This document shows positions 8,244 to 18,443 of a stretch of 64,000 bases of DNA, piece after piece; the first letter of the stretch is position 1; each line of letters begins with the position of its first letter. This DNA comes from a bacterium. Lineage in GTDB: Bacteria; J088; JAWLBW01. Made by a program: the position numbers and the translations under genes. A model generated the notes under the pieces. It was not told where the DNA came from, did no database searches, and worked only from the letters and a program-made list of their open reading frames with translations. The stretch spans positions 361,376-425,375 of the forward strand of contig JAWLHK010000001.1 in the NCBI GenBank assembly GCA_041690355.1, given 5' to 3'.

Positions 8244-9392
8244 TCAGGGAAGAAGTGCCGCCAGCAGCCGCACGACGTTACCGCCCATGATTTTGCGAAC
8301 GTCGTCTTCGGTGAATCCCTCAGCAAGCAGTGCGTCGGTCAACATGGCGAAGTTGGCGGCATCGAACGGCGTGCTGACCATGCCGTCGAAATCGGATCCG
8401 AGCGCCACGTGGTCGACCCCCACGACGTCAACGGTGTGGCGCATGGCGCGCACGACCGCGGCAACGTCTTCTCCGCAGGTGGCGAGCTTGAAGAACGCAA
8501 TGCCGATGACGCCCCCGTTACGCGCGATGGCGCGCAGCTGATCGTCCGACAGATTGCGGTTGTTCTCGCAGGTCCCCTTGACGCCCGTGTGCGAGATGAA
8601 AATCGGGCGCCGGGTAAGCCGGAGCACTTCGTCGAGGACCGGGGCCGAGGCGTGGGCGAGATCGATGATCATCTTCTTCTCGTCCATCCGCTTCACCCAG
8701 GCACGGCCGAGCGGCGTCAGACCACCCTTCTTCTTGCCGTGAGCCGAGCCGCCGATATCGTTGTCGAAGAAGTGCGTGGGGGCGACCATGCGCACGCCGG
8801 CGTCATAGAAGACGTCGAGGTTACTCAGGTTCCCCTCGAGCGCATGCGCCCCCTCGATGCCGAGAAAGCCGGCGATCAGGTCCGGCTCCGCCTTGCGGCG
8901 ATCGAGAAAGGCAGCCAGATCGGCCCGGGTCCGGATGATCACGAACTTTCCGTCCGAAGCGTCTGCGGCAGCCTGCAGCTTGCCCGCCTGATAGAGCGTG
9001 CGGCTCACGAGCGACGACCAGGTCGGCGTGGGCCATCCCTGCGCCATGGCAAGGACGCTGATCAGGTCTCCCTGATCGCCCGTGCTGTCAATGTTGATGT
9101 CGGCCGGCACCTTGCTGACGATCGTGAAGGCCTGGAGGGCATGATTGCCCGCCCGCATGCGCGCCAGGTCGACATGGCCGGCGTCGTTCGGTCCCTCGAT
9201 GGGCCGGTTCCACAACAGCGAGTCGGCGTGCAGGTCGGCGGTGAGGAGCTCACGATGCAGTGCGGCGGCGCGTTCGCTCACGGTTGCCGGCTCCTGGGTC
9301 ACGGCGTTGAACGACCGATCGACACGAGAGGCGGCGAAGCATCCCCCGAGCAGCAGGAGGGCAGCGGGCAGGAGCAAGGAGCGCGGGCGCAT
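8244..9392 (-). CDS. Membrane dipeptidase (peptidase family M19), secreted or lipoprotein
   Basis: DLHADSL and HVALGSDFDG motifs of renal-dipeptidase-family enzymes. Start set at the internal ATG that begins the signal peptide MRPRSLLLPAALLLLGGC. Confidence 0.8.
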   Translation of the reverse strand: MRPRSLLLPAALLLLGGCFAASRVDRSFNAVTQEPATVSERAAALHRELLTADLHADSLLWNRPIEGPNDAGHVDLARMRAGNHALQAFTIVSKVPADINIDSTGDQGDLISVLAMAQGWPTPTWSSLVSRTLYQAGKLQAAADASDGKFVIIRTRADLAAFLDRRKAEPDLIAGFLGIEGAHALEGNLSNLDVFYDAGVRMVAPTHFFDNDIGGSAHGKKKGGLTPLGRAWVKRMDEKKMIIDLAHASAPVLDEVLRLTRRPIFISHTGVKGTCENNRNLSDDQLRAIARNGGVIGIAFFKLATCGEDVAAVVRAMRHTVDVVGVDHVALGSDFDGMVSTPFDAANFAMLTDALLAEGFTEDDVRKIMGGNVVRLLAALLP

Positions 9393-9558
9393 GGGCGGTT
9401 CTCCGGTCAGCGAGTGGAAAAGGACCAGTATACTGTCTCGGCCAGTATACTGTCTCGGAACGCCCGATGGCCAATGAGCCAATTCCAAACGCAAGCCGCA
9501 GAACTCTGAATCCTGACACCCGCCGCTTGGACCCGAAGCCCGCAGACCCGATATCCTG

Positions 9559-11196
9559 TTGGGCATGAAGTCGTTTTCGATTGCCCTGTCGCTGGTTCTT
9601 CTTTTACTCGGGCCCGCCCAGGCGGATCGTCTCTACGTCGGACCTGTCTTTCAGACGGGCAACGCGGCGCAGCCGATTGCCCGGGCCGTGCGCGTCGACG
9701 ACAAGGGGCGCATCGTGTCCGTCCATGAAGAAGTTCCCCCTGCGGCCGGGGCCGAAGTCGTTCGCCTTCCGGGCGCCAGCGCGCTTCCCGGTCTGCACGA
9801 CGCCCACCTGCATCTCGAGGGGCTCGGCATGAAGCTGACGGCCCTCGATCTCACCGGCGTGCGGTCACGGGCCGAGCTGCGGACGCGGGCCGAGGCCTGG
9901 GTGCGTGCCCATCCGGAGAGCACCGTCTACCGCGGCTTCGGCTGGGACCAGAATCTGTTTCCGGACCAGGCCTTCCCCACCTTCGCAGACGTCAACGGAA
10001 TCACCGACCGCCCGCTGTTTCTGATTCGCACCGACGGGCACGCCGCCGTGCTCAACGAGAGCGCGTTCGCACTGACGGACATTCCGCTGCGGGAAACCGG
10101 CGGCGACCCGGCCGGCGTCGGACGCGATCCGGAGGGGAATGCCACCGGACTGTTGCTCGACGAGGCGTTCATCCGCGCGGAATCGCGCATGCCCCAGCCG
10201 ACACTCGAGGAACGCAAGGAGATGATCCGGGCCGCCCTAGCCGCCGCGGCCGACGCCGGACTCACGGCGCTGCACGAGATGGCCATGTTCGGCCCGGCCA
10301 TGGATGCACTGCTGGCGCTGCAGGCAGAAGAGGGACCGCTTCCCGTGCGCGTCTACGTCTACATGGCGGGAACGCATCTGCCGTGGCTCTTCGGCGATTT
10401 CTTCGCGCACCCCTTCGGCGACGCCCGGCGCGGCCGGGTCGAGATCATGGGGATCAAGCTCATGATCGACGGGGCCATGGGGAGCCGGGGCGCGATGCTC
10501 TACGAACCCTATGCCGACGACCCCGGCAACAGCGGGCATCCTGCGTTTTCGCTGACGCTCCAGCGCTGGATCTACACCTTTGCACGCAAGGTCGGCTGGC
10601 AGGTGGCCGTGCACGCCATCGGCGACAAGGCCAACCACGAGGCCATCCGCTGGATTGAGGGGGACGCTGCTGCCAACCCCTACCCCACCCGGATTGAACA
10701 CGCCCAGTTCCTGGCCGCCGAAGACTTCGCGCGGCTCGCCGGAACCGGGGCTGTCGTGTCGATGCAGCCGGTTCACGTCGCCGACGATCTCGGCTGGGCG
10801 GGTGCACGCCTGGGGCCCGAACGCGCGGCCAGGGCCTATGCCTGGCGCAGCCACGCCGCCGCCGGCGCCCTGCTGGCGTGCGGCAGCGATGCCCCGGTCT
10901 CCGACATCCGCCCGACGCTCGGATTTCACACCGCGCTCACCCGTCAGACACCGGAGGGAACGCCCCCGGGCGGCTGGTATGCGGAACAACGGCTGACCTG
11001 GCCAGAAGTCCTGCGCTGCTACACACAGGGAGCTGCCGCGGCGGTGCGGCGCGACGGGGAGCTCGGTTCCCTCGTCCCCGGAAAGCTCTTCGACGTGACG
11101 CTCTTCGACCGCGACTGCCGCGATGACGCTTCCTGCTGGCTCGCCGCGCGTCCCTTGGGCACGGTGCTCGAAGGCGAATTGCGCCTGCCGCGGTGA
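9559..11196 (+). CDS. Secreted metal-dependent amidohydrolase (Amidohydro_3 / YtcJ-like)
   Basis: Signal peptide. LPGLHDAHLHLEGLG metal-binding motif. C-terminal GSDAPV motif. Confidence 0.75.
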   Translation: MGMKSFSIALSLVLLLLGPAQADRLYVGPVFQTGNAAQPIARAVRVDDKGRIVSVHEEVPPAAGAEVVRLPGASALPGLHDAHLHLEGLGMKLTALDLTGVRSRAELRTRAEAWVRAHPESTVYRGFGWDQNLFPDQAFPTFADVNGITDRPLFLIRTDGHAAVLNESAFALTDIPLRETGGDPAGVGRDPEGNATGLLLDEAFIRAESRMPQPTLEERKEMIRAALAAAADAGLTALHEMAMFGPAMDALLALQAEEGPLPVRVYVYMAGTHLPWLFGDFFAHPFGDARRGRVEIMGIKLMIDGAMGSRGAMLYEPYADDPGNSGHPAFSLTLQRWIYTFARKVGWQVAVHAIGDKANHEAIRWIEGDAAANPYPTRIEHAQFLAAEDFARLAGTGAVVSMQPVHVADDLGWAGARLGPERAARAYAWRSHAAAGALLACGSDAPVSDIRPTLGFHTALTRQTPEGTPPGGWYAEQRLTWPEVLRCYTQGAAAAVRRDGELGSLVPGKLFDVTLFDRDCRDDASCWLAARPLGTVLEGELRLPR

Positions 11197-11219
11197 AGCG
11201 CAGATTGGTCTGCGGCCGG

Positions 11220-11441
11220 TCAGGCCAACGCGAACTGGTGTCCGCAGGCGTTGCAGTTCCAGTCGGGGTCGTCACCGTCGATGATGCACCCGCCGAGCAC
11301 GATGCGGTCTTCGCGGGCGTCCGCGAGCGCTTCGTCGGTCGGGTACCCGTAGAGGATCCGTACCACTTCAGTTGATCCGCAGGCGGGGCACGGGGGCGCA
11401 GATTCCTGAATGAGCGTCTGGTCGTCGTCGTGGTCGTGCAT
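11220..11441 (-). CDS. Small zinc-ribbon protein
   Basis: CPACGS...CNACGH four-Cys zinc ribbon. Start set at MHDHDDD; the longer ORF (to 11546) overlaps the repeat arrays. Confidence 0.4.
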   Translation of the reverse strand: MHDHDDDQTLIQESAPPCPACGSTEVVRILYGYPTDEALADAREDRIVLGGCIIDGDDPDWNCNACGHQFALA

Positions 11442-11508
11442 GGAGAACTCCTTCGGGTTCGCACCAGTGACGATACCATGCGAGGGGAGACAAGCGCTGT
11501 CCGACCAG

Positions 11509-11557
11509 GCAGAAGCGCCAAGCACCAAGCGCCGAGCGTCAAGCAAGCAAGGACAAG
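11509..11557. repeat. Heptanucleotide tandem array: about 7 units of NNCAAGC type
   Basis: cagaagc gccaagc accaagc gccgagc gtcaagc aagcaag gacaagc. Confidence 0.6.
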
Positions 11558-11574
11558 CGCCCTGTGTTCTTTCC

Positions 11575-11609
11575 GGTCAATCGTCAATCGTAAATTGTAA
11601 GTCGTCAAT
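11575..11609. repeat. Heptanucleotide tandem array: 5 units of GTCAATC type
   Basis: gtcaatc gtcaatc gtaaatt gtaagtc gtcaatc, 17 nt after the previous array. Confidence 0.65.
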
Positions 11610-11691
11610 CGATCGGAATTCCCTTGCCGCTTTCCAAAGGGGTGCGGTAGATTGGCAGTTTACGCCCCGCTATCCCCATGGAGGTTCTGCG

Positions 11692-12519
11692 ATGAAACTG
11701 CTCCCGCGCTTTGCACTGGCTGCCGCCCTTTCGTTTGCATCCGCACTGCCGGCCTCGGCCCAGGAGGCGAAGGGAGCGACCGAGCTCACCTGGTTCGGTC
11801 ATGCCGCTTTCCAGCTGAAGACCCCCTCGGGAAAGATCGTCCTGATCGACCCCTGGCTTACGAATCCGGCCAACCCGAAGGGGAAAGAACAGCTGGAGCA
11901 ACTTGCGAAGGCCGACCTCATCCTCCTCTCACACGGCCATTCCGACCACGTCGGCGACTCCACCGCCATCGCCCGGAAAACCGGCGCGAAGCTGGTCGCC
12001 ACCTTTGATCTCGGGAATGCCATGGTGGCCTATTCCGGTTTTCCGGCCAAGCAGACCGGCTATGACACGATGGGGAATTTCGGCGGCGAGCTGAGCCTTC
12101 TGGACGGCGAAGTTCTGGTGCGCCTCGTCCCGGCCGTTCATGGGTCGACCATCAAGCTCGAGAACAAGCCCGACGTACATGCGGCAGGGAATCCGGGCGG
12201 GTTCGTCATCCGCGTCAAGAACGGTCCGACGATTTACCACACCGGCGACACCGATGTCTTCGGCGACATGGCCCTCATCGGCGAACGCACGAAGATCGAC
12301 TACCTGCTCGCGCCCATCGGGGGCCATTTCACGATGGACCCGACAGGGGCCGCCCGGGCCGTGAAGCTCATCGGCGCGGCCACGGTCATCCCCATGCACT
12401 TCGGCACCTTTCCCGTACTGAAGGGAACCCCGGCGCAGCTTCAGGAAGCCCTGAAGAAAGAGGCAAGCAAGGCCAGGGTCCGCGAGATGAAGATCGGCGA
12501 AACCATTCCGCTGAAATAG
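11692..12519 (+). CDS. Secreted MBL-fold metal-dependent hydrolase (UPF0173-like)
   Basis: Signal peptide MKLLPRFALAAALSFASALPASA. HGHSDH metal-binding motif. Start reassigned to an internal ATG. Confidence 0.7.
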   Translation: MKLLPRFALAAALSFASALPASAQEAKGATELTWFGHAAFQLKTPSGKIVLIDPWLTNPANPKGKEQLEQLAKADLILLSHGHSDHVGDSTAIARKTGAKLVATFDLGNAMVAYSGFPAKQTGYDTMGNFGGELSLLDGEVLVRLVPAVHGSTIKLENKPDVHAAGNPGGFVIRVKNGPTIYHTGDTDVFGDMALIGERTKIDYLLAPIGGHFTMDPTGAARAVKLIGAATVIPMHFGTFPVLKGTPAQLQEALKKEASKARVREMKIGETIPLK

Positions 12520-12727
12520 GCACACCGCCGTTCAGCGGAACGGATTCACGACGGCGACACCGTCGAAGTCCCGGCCAGTCTGCGGCTCCTCGCCACCAGG
12601 GGCGATGTGATTACGCGCACATTTCCACGCAATGAAATGTGGGAAATGCGCTCTCGTGTACCGCCGATCACAGAAATCATGGTTTCATTCCGGTACCCTG
12701 ACGGGCATAGATTTCCGGAGCGTCACC

Positions 12728-15700
12728 ATGAACCGACTCGCAGCCTTTCTCCTCCTCCTGCCGCTGGCCGCCTGCGGCGATCTCGCACACGAAGGCCCGT
12801 TCGACCCCCTCGCGCCGCTCAAGCTGCAGGCACGCGGCCAGGTCTCGGGGCGCGTCCTGCTCGAGGGCGAACCCGACGCCGGCCAGGTTGAATTCGTGCT
12901 GCAGAGCGAGCACGAAACCTACTCGGCGAGCAGCCGCAGCGACGGCACGCTCAAGCTGACCGGCATCGTACCCGGCTTCTACGAAGCACGCCTCACCACC
13001 CGCTACTTCAAAGAATGGACCGAGCGCATCCAGGTACCACTCGACGGCCGCGTCGACCTGGGCGAGATCACGCTTCCGCTCCGGCGCGCGAGCATCAACG
13101 GCACGGCGACCATCGACCGCGGCGGCGCCAAGGGCTCGAAGGGGGGCGTCATGGTCACGTTCGTCCGTTCGGCCAGCCTGCGCTCCCAGGCCGCGGGCGC
13201 ACCCTTTCAGCTGCTCGATTACTACCCGATGGCCGGCAGCGGACCCACGCTCACGTACTCTGCGCTGTCGGCGCCCGACGGGGCATTCCGCCTCGACGGT
13301 CTTCCGGCGGGCATCTACGACATTACCGCGTCGATCACCGAGGGCGAGAGCTGGCCGGCCGGAACCTTGACGGTCACCGGCGACGAAGCCGAACTCGACA
13401 TCGAGCCCATCGAGGTCAGCCTCGATCAGCTGGCGCCCGAAGCGCCGGCCCTGACGATCGCCGATCGCGACGGTGACGGATTCGGGCTCAACGCCGACCG
13501 GGTCGAACTGACGTGGACGCGCCCCTCGGCCGCCGATCTCGCCGGCTACGAACTCGAACGCTACGTCTACGGGTATGACAACGGCTTTCGCCCCTACATT
13601 GCCTTCGGGGCCGCAACCAACGGCTACGACGACGCGGTGGGCCCCACGACGGGCAGGCCGCACCTGTACCGCATCCGCGCCGTCGACAAGGCGGGCAACG
13701 TCTCCTCCTGGTCCCTCGTCGCCCAGGCCGATCCGTACCGCCCCGTGGAGCGCCTCTACTGGGTATATGGCAATGATGGGCTTCACTACACGATTCCGGT
13801 ACAGCCGGGGACCAGCACGCTCAGCGCCGTGCACTTCTATCGGGATGAGGGCAAGAGCCGCTTTTCGACGGCCCTCGCGAACAACGTGACCGAATGGCTG
13901 CGCTCAACGCCCGAGAAGGAGATCTTCGACGAGACGGTTGCGGTTCGCACCTCGAACCAGAGCAACAGCCTGACCTACGACAGCGAATTCGATCTGCGGC
14001 TCAGCCGCCGTTCCATCATTCACCACGATCCCGGCGGATCGTACCTGGGCTACGGCTGCGGTATCGCGGTCGACCCGTCGGGAACGGCGCACACGCTGTA
14101 TTCCGACGGCCAGGGAAAAGGGCTCTGGCATTCGGAGAACTCCAGCGGCAAGTGGGCCCATACGAACGTCTACCCCACCGACACCCCGTACAACAACGAC
14201 CTGCACTACCGCAACGGCGAACTGTTCGGACTGGTGGGGCTTGACCCCAGCCTCCTCTACGTGAAGCGAACCACGGAAGGGGTCTGGAGTGACGGCGTGC
14301 TTCTGGCCAACGCCACCGTGCGCGGCATGGACAGCGTCATCGACGGCGCGGGGATCATTCACGTGGCGCTCATGGTCCAGAACGGGAGCTATTACGACAT
14401 CCGCTATCTGGCCATCGAGGGCGATACGGTCGTCACCAACGAAGGGGTCGCCAGCGAGGCCGGCAACGGACATCCGCCGGCCATCGCTCTGCAGGCCGAC
14501 GGAACGGTTCACATCGTCTACTACAACGGCGTGAATCAGGATCTGACCTGGGCGAAGCGGGTCTACGGCGGATGGCTTGTCAGTGCGCTGGAGTCGGCGG
14601 GGAACGTCGGCGGGTGGCCCTCGATGACCGCGGGCGCAGACGGCATACTGCATCTTGCCTATGTTCTCATCAGCGATACCGGCGTGGACTACGAGCTGCG
14701 CTACCGGAAATATACCACCGCCTGGAGCGCGCCCGAAACGCTTGAAAACAGCGTCAACGTACGCAACTACACGGCCATCGCCGTGAGTCCCGAGGGCGCC
14801 CTCGCCGTCTTCTACTCCGACCAGCAGGACACCCTTCGCGCCGCGCGCAACAACGGCGGGGGCTGGACAAAAGTGGTCATCGACACGGCGATCAGCCCGT
14901 ACTACGGGCACTGCCTGCGCGCGGTGGCTACCGATCGGCGGACCATCGACGCGGTCTACATGCATCTCGACGAGCGCGACGTGCGCTACGTCTCGCTGGC
15001 GACCGGCGTGCGCGGCCGTCAGATGATCGGCAGCGGTTATGGATATGGCTCCAATCCCGTCATCGCGTCGCCGCGCCCGGGCGAGCTGCACGCGCTCTAC
15101 GGCGATAACAGCGGCGGAGCCCCGCTGGTGCATGCCACCAACCGCTCGGGGCGCTGGGAGACGGCGACGCTCGATACCGGTACCTGGCTCGGACGGCTCG
15201 CCGTCGATGTGGACGGCGGATTGCACGCCGCCTATGCGAACGGCGCCATGCGGTATGCCCGGTTCGACGCCGATACGGGAACGTGGGAGAAGGAGACCGT
15301 GCAGGCCGTCGGGGCATCGCAGCCCGACATCGCGGCGGCTGCGGACGGAACGCCGGCGGTGAGCTATGTGCACGACGGGTTACTCCACGTCGCCGTGCGT
15401 GGCATGGCGGGCTGGACCACCGAGGTGGCGACGACCCGCACCGACGTCGCCCGGACCCGCATCGCCTTCACGACCAACGGCGACCCCGTGGTCGCCCTGA
15501 CCCGCGACCTCGGTTCCTACGACTTCAGCGCAGAAGTCTGGCGTAAAACGAATGGCACGTGGACTCAGCTTCAGCTGGGCGCCGGGCCCTCCACCGCTCT
15601 CGCCACGGCGGTCGCGGCCGACAGCCGGGGGCGCATCCACGTGCTGCTGTACGAGATGGGCGAGCTCGATCTCTGGCACGGCGTCTGGAGTGGAGAAGGC

Positions 15701-16009
15701 TGGCAGTTCACTTTGCTCGACAGCGACGGCGATACCGGGTACCTGGCATTTCTCCGGATCGACGACAGAGACTACGCGCACATCGGCTTTGCCAGCAGCG
15801 GCGGCGATCTGAGCTACGCCTCCAGTGTCGGCGGCTGGCATGTCACGAAACTCATCGACAGCCAGTGGGGGCTCGGGGGCATGGGCTTCGCGATGGATTC
15901 CGCCGGAACCCTGCACGGCGTCGCGACAGAGTACGGGACGCTGAGCGCCTATCCGAATATCGGCGGCGTGCTCAACCCGATCTCCACCGGCCGTCAGAGC
16001 GGCTGGTAG
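12728..16009 (+). CDS. Large (1,093 aa) lipoprotein with carboxypeptidase-regulatory-like and FN3 domains followed by many beta-propeller-type repeats
   Basis: Lipobox LLLPLAAC. FN3-like segment (WTRPSAADLAGYELERY ... YRIRAVDKAGNVSSWS). About 14 repeats of the form DGxxHhaY (IHVALMV, VHIVYY, LHLAYV, LAVFYSD, IDAVYMH, LHALYGD, LHAAYAN, LHVAVRG, IHVLLYE). Confidence 0.6.
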   Translation: MNRLAAFLLLLPLAACGDLAHEGPFDPLAPLKLQARGQVSGRVLLEGEPDAGQVEFVLQSEHETYSASSRSDGTLKLTGIVPGFYEARLTTRYFKEWTERIQVPLDGRVDLGEITLPLRRASINGTATIDRGGAKGSKGGVMVTFVRSASLRSQAAGAPFQLLDYYPMAGSGPTLTYSALSAPDGAFRLDGLPAGIYDITASITEGESWPAGTLTVTGDEAELDIEPIEVSLDQLAPEAPALTIADRDGDGFGLNADRVELTWTRPSAADLAGYELERYVYGYDNGFRPYIAFGAATNGYDDAVGPTTGRPHLYRIRAVDKAGNVSSWSLVAQADPYRPVERLYWVYGNDGLHYTIPVQPGTSTLSAVHFYRDEGKSRFSTALANNVTEWLRSTPEKEIFDETVAVRTSNQSNSLTYDSEFDLRLSRRSIIHHDPGGSYLGYGCGIAVDPSGTAHTLYSDGQGKGLWHSENSSGKWAHTNVYPTDTPYNNDLHYRNGELFGLVGLDPSLLYVKRTTEGVWSDGVLLANATVRGMDSVIDGAGIIHVALMVQNGSYYDIRYLAIEGDTVVTNEGVASEAGNGHPPAIALQADGTVHIVYYNGVNQDLTWAKRVYGGWLVSALESAGNVGGWPSMTAGADGILHLAYVLISDTGVDYELRYRKYTTAWSAPETLENSVNVRNYTAIAVSPEGALAVFYSDQQDTLRAARNNGGGWTKVVIDTAISPYYGHCLRAVATDRRTIDAVYMHLDERDVRYVSLATGVRGRQMIGSGYGYGSNPVIASPRPGELHALYGDNSGGAPLVHATNRSGRWETATLDTGTWLGRLAVDVDGGLHAAYANGAMRYARFDADTGTWEKETVQAVGASQPDIAAAADGTPAVSYVHDGLLHVAVRGMAGWTTEVATTRTDVARTRIAFTTNGDPVVALTRDLGSYDFSAEVWRKTNGTWTQLQLGAGPSTALATAVAADSRGRIHVLLYEMGELDLWHGVWSGEGWQFTLLDSDGDTGYLAFLRIDDRDYAHIGFASSGGDLSYASSVGGWHVTKLIDSQWGLGGMGFAMDSAGTLHGVATEYGTLSAYPNIGGVLNPISTGRQSGW

Positions 16010-16010
16010 C

Positions 16011-16886
16011 TCAGCCGCGCGCCGACCAGGACTCGTCGGGGAGGTCGAAGGCGGCGTTCATGCCGCGGGCGAAGCGGAACTGAAAGGGGTGCGGATCGAT
16101 CTGCAGCGCGCGCAGGCGGTCCGCGATGCCCCCTTCGCCGATCGTGAGAAATTCACGTTCAGGGCGCGCGCTGCGGCTCCACAGGCGCGACATGTACTTG
16201 CGCACGGCGAAGCGCGCCTTGAAGTTCGTCTGCGCCCGCAGAAGTTCGCCATCCTTGCGGCTGTACAGCCAGGCCGCCACGTCGAACTCCGTCGGCTTGC
16301 CCTCGGTGGGGACGCGGAGCGAAAAGTAGCGCCGTCCCTGTTCGTCGCGGATATCGGTCACGCAGTCGCCGTCTTCTTCGCGGACGTCGATCTCCTCGGT
16401 GACCTTGGGGAGCCCCCAGATGCGGTTGCCCCGGATGCGGTTTTCGAGCGACGTCACGGGCATGTGAAAGACGTAGTAGCCGAACCCCGGGTAGCCGCCC
16501 CAGAGCAGCGGAAGCAGCGGAACCGAGAGCGGCGCGTTCATGAGCACCGGAATCGTGAAGGCCACCTCGTTGTACGGCGGCACGTTCATGACGTTCCGAT
16601 ACTCGTAGCAGGAGATGGTGACCACGGCCCGCCCGCCCGGCACCGCCACCGGGCGCATGGCCGGATGCGGCAGCATCGCGCGCGCCGCCTCGTAATCGCA
16701 GAGAAAGATGCCGATGGCGCAGGTCACGTCGGCGTAGAAGGTGGGAAACCGGTAGTCCTTGGCGATCGCCTCGTCGAGCTGCAGGGGGGCCGCCGCGGGG
16801 CGCAGGGCGAAGCGGCGGAAGAAGGGGTCCTGAAAGCGGTCCTCATTGGAGAGCAGCGGGGCTTCATACTGGAGCGTCGGTTTCAT
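16011..16886 (-). CDS. Hypothetical protein, possibly acetoacetate-decarboxylase-like fold
   Basis: 291 aa. Weak pattern similarity to the ADC family (YxxD..ALRxxVPxPL-like segment, GxPKV). No database check. Confidence 0.35.
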   Translation of the reverse strand: MKPTLQYEAPLLSNEDRFQDPFFRRFALRPAAAPLQLDEAIAKDYRFPTFYADVTCAIGIFLCDYEAARAMLPHPAMRPVAVPGGRAVVTISCYEYRNVMNVPPYNEVAFTIPVLMNAPLSVPLLPLLWGGYPGFGYYVFHMPVTSLENRIRGNRIWGLPKVTEEIDVREEDGDCVTDIRDEQGRRYFSLRVPTEGKPTEFDVAAWLYSRKDGELLRAQTNFKARFAVRKYMSRLWSRSARPEREFLTIGEGGIADRLRALQIDPHPFQFRFARGMNAAFDLPDESWSARG

Positions 16887-17076
16887 GGACCACCTTGGAG
16901 AGGGAAGTGGAATTCTCCATGCTACCGAGTTGCGCCGCCGGATTCCACCCTCTACGATCTAGTGGAGCGTTTCGAAAGCGACATTCCCGTTCGCCTCGAG
17001 CTGACGGGCGCGGCAGAGCCGGCGCCGACAGCGAGAGGGGCTCCATTGCCCGTAACCCATTCCTCCGGTACAGACC

Positions 17077-17577
17077 ATGGCGAACCGCAGCGCATCCCCC
17101 ACGGCAAAACGGACCCTGAAAGCGCGCGAGCGGGCCGCCGAGGCCATCCGCACGCTCGAAATCGTGTTCCCCAACCAGACCAACCACTACGGAACGATGT
17201 TCGGCGGCCAGGTCATCGCGCTCGCCGACAAGGCCGCCTACTTCGCGGCCAACAGCTACTGCCGGTGCAACTGCGTGACGGCGAGCATGGAGCGCTTCGA
17301 CTTCCGGCACCCGATCCGTTCGGGCGACACGATCGAAGCCTGGGCCAAGGTCGTCTACACGGGGCGCACGTCGATGATCGTCAAGGTCGAAATCCGGGCC
17401 CAGAAGCCGAACCGGGACGAGGCGGTCCTGTGTACGGAAGGATTCCTCACCATGATCGCACTCGGCGAAGACGGCCGCCCCACGACGGTTCCGCCCCTCA
17501 AGATCCGCACGCGCAAGGAGCAGGACGACTGGGAAGAGGCGCGCAAGATCCGCAAGGCCCACGCCGCCGCACGCTAG
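17077..17577 (+). CDS. Acyl-CoA thioesterase (hotdog fold, YciA-like)
   Basis: NHYGTMFGGQVIALAD motif typical of YciA/acyl-CoA hydrolase hotdog proteins. Confidence 0.75.
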   Translation: MANRSASPTAKRTLKARERAAEAIRTLEIVFPNQTNHYGTMFGGQVIALADKAAYFAANSYCRCNCVTASMERFDFRHPIRSGDTIEAWAKVVYTGRTSMIVKVEIRAQKPNRDEAVLCTEGFLTMIALGEDGRPTTVPPLKIRTRKEQDDWEEARKIRKAHAAAR

Positions 17578-17596
17578 GGCGACGCCGTTCCCGTTT

Positions 17597-17624
17597 CAGG
17601 AATCAAGAATCTGGAATCAGGAAT
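17597..17624 (+). repeat. Heptanucleotide tandem array B copy: 4 units of CAGGAAT type
   Basis: caggaat caagaat ctggaat caggaat, 20 nt after the thioesterase stop, followed by the hairpin at 17633-17652. Confidence 0.7.
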
Positions 17625-17632
17625 GCAACCTT

Positions 17633-17652
17633 CCTGACGCGCCAGCGTCAGG
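17633..17652. terminator. Perfect hairpin between convergent genes (thioesterase / yebC-like), candidate bidirectional terminator
   Basis: CCTGACGC-GCCA-GCGTCAGG, overlapping the yebC-like stop codon. Confidence 0.5.
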
Positions 17653-18385
17653 TAAGGTTGTGAAAGACTTTCTGGACGTCGTCGTCCTGCTCGAGGCGGT
17701 CGACCAGCTTGAGCACTTCCTGCGCGGCTTCGTCCGAGAGCTCCACCGGCGTCGTCGGTATCCACTCTACTTCGGCGCTGACGGGCGTGATCCCCCGATC
17801 TTCGAGGGCCTTCTGCAGTGTGCCGAAATCGGCGAAGGCGCAGCGGATCACCAGGATGTCCTTGCCGTCATCGGTCGTGCTCTCGCCCATCTCTTCGAGC
17901 CCGTGGTCGATCAGCTCGAGCTCGAGCTCGTCCTGGTCGACTCCCTTGGGGTCGATCTTGAAGACCCCCATCTTCTTGAACTGGAACGCCACGCTCCCCG
18001 ACGTTCCCAGATTCCCGTGGCCGCGGTCGAAATGCGAGCGCATGTTCGCCACGGTGCGCGTCGGATTGTCGGTCGCGGTCTCGACCAGGATGGCGACGCC
18101 GTGAGGGCCATAGCCCTCGTACAGAATCTCGCTGTAGTCTTCCTTGTCCTTGCCCATCGCCCGCTTGATCGCGCCTTCAACCCTGTCCTTGGGCATGTTG
18201 ACGCTCTTGGCGTTCTGCAGGCAGCGGCGCAAGGCCGGGTTCGAGGCCGGATCGGGGCCGCCCGCCTTGACGGCGATGACGATCTCCTTGCCGATGCGCG
18301 TGAACTGCTTGGACATCTTGTCCCAGCGGGCGAACATCGTATGCTTGCGCGTCTCAAATATGCGTCCCATAAAAGCCTCTGACAC
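17648..18385 (-). CDS. YebC/PmpR-family transcriptional regulatory protein
   Basis: About 245 aa. N-terminal basic helix ([20 protein letters not shown]) and three-domain YebC-like composition. An alternative start 15 nt downstream. Confidence 0.7.
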   Translation of the reverse strand: MSEAFMGRIFETRKHTMFARWDKMSKQFTRIGKEIVIAVKAGGPDPASNPALRRCLQNAKSVNMPKDRVEGAIKRAMGKDKEDYSEILYEGYGPHGVAILVETATDNPTRTVANMRSHFDRGHGNLGTSGSVAFQFKKMGVFKIDPKGVDQDELELELIDHGLEEMGESTTDDGKDILVIRCAFADFGTLQKALEDRGITPVSAEVEWIPTTPVELSDEAAQEVLKLVDRLEQDDDVQKVFHNLT

Positions 18386-18443
18386 CGAACAACAGATGAT
18401 CCTACTTTATACCACGCGGGTCGACTCCGACGCCGCGTAACAG

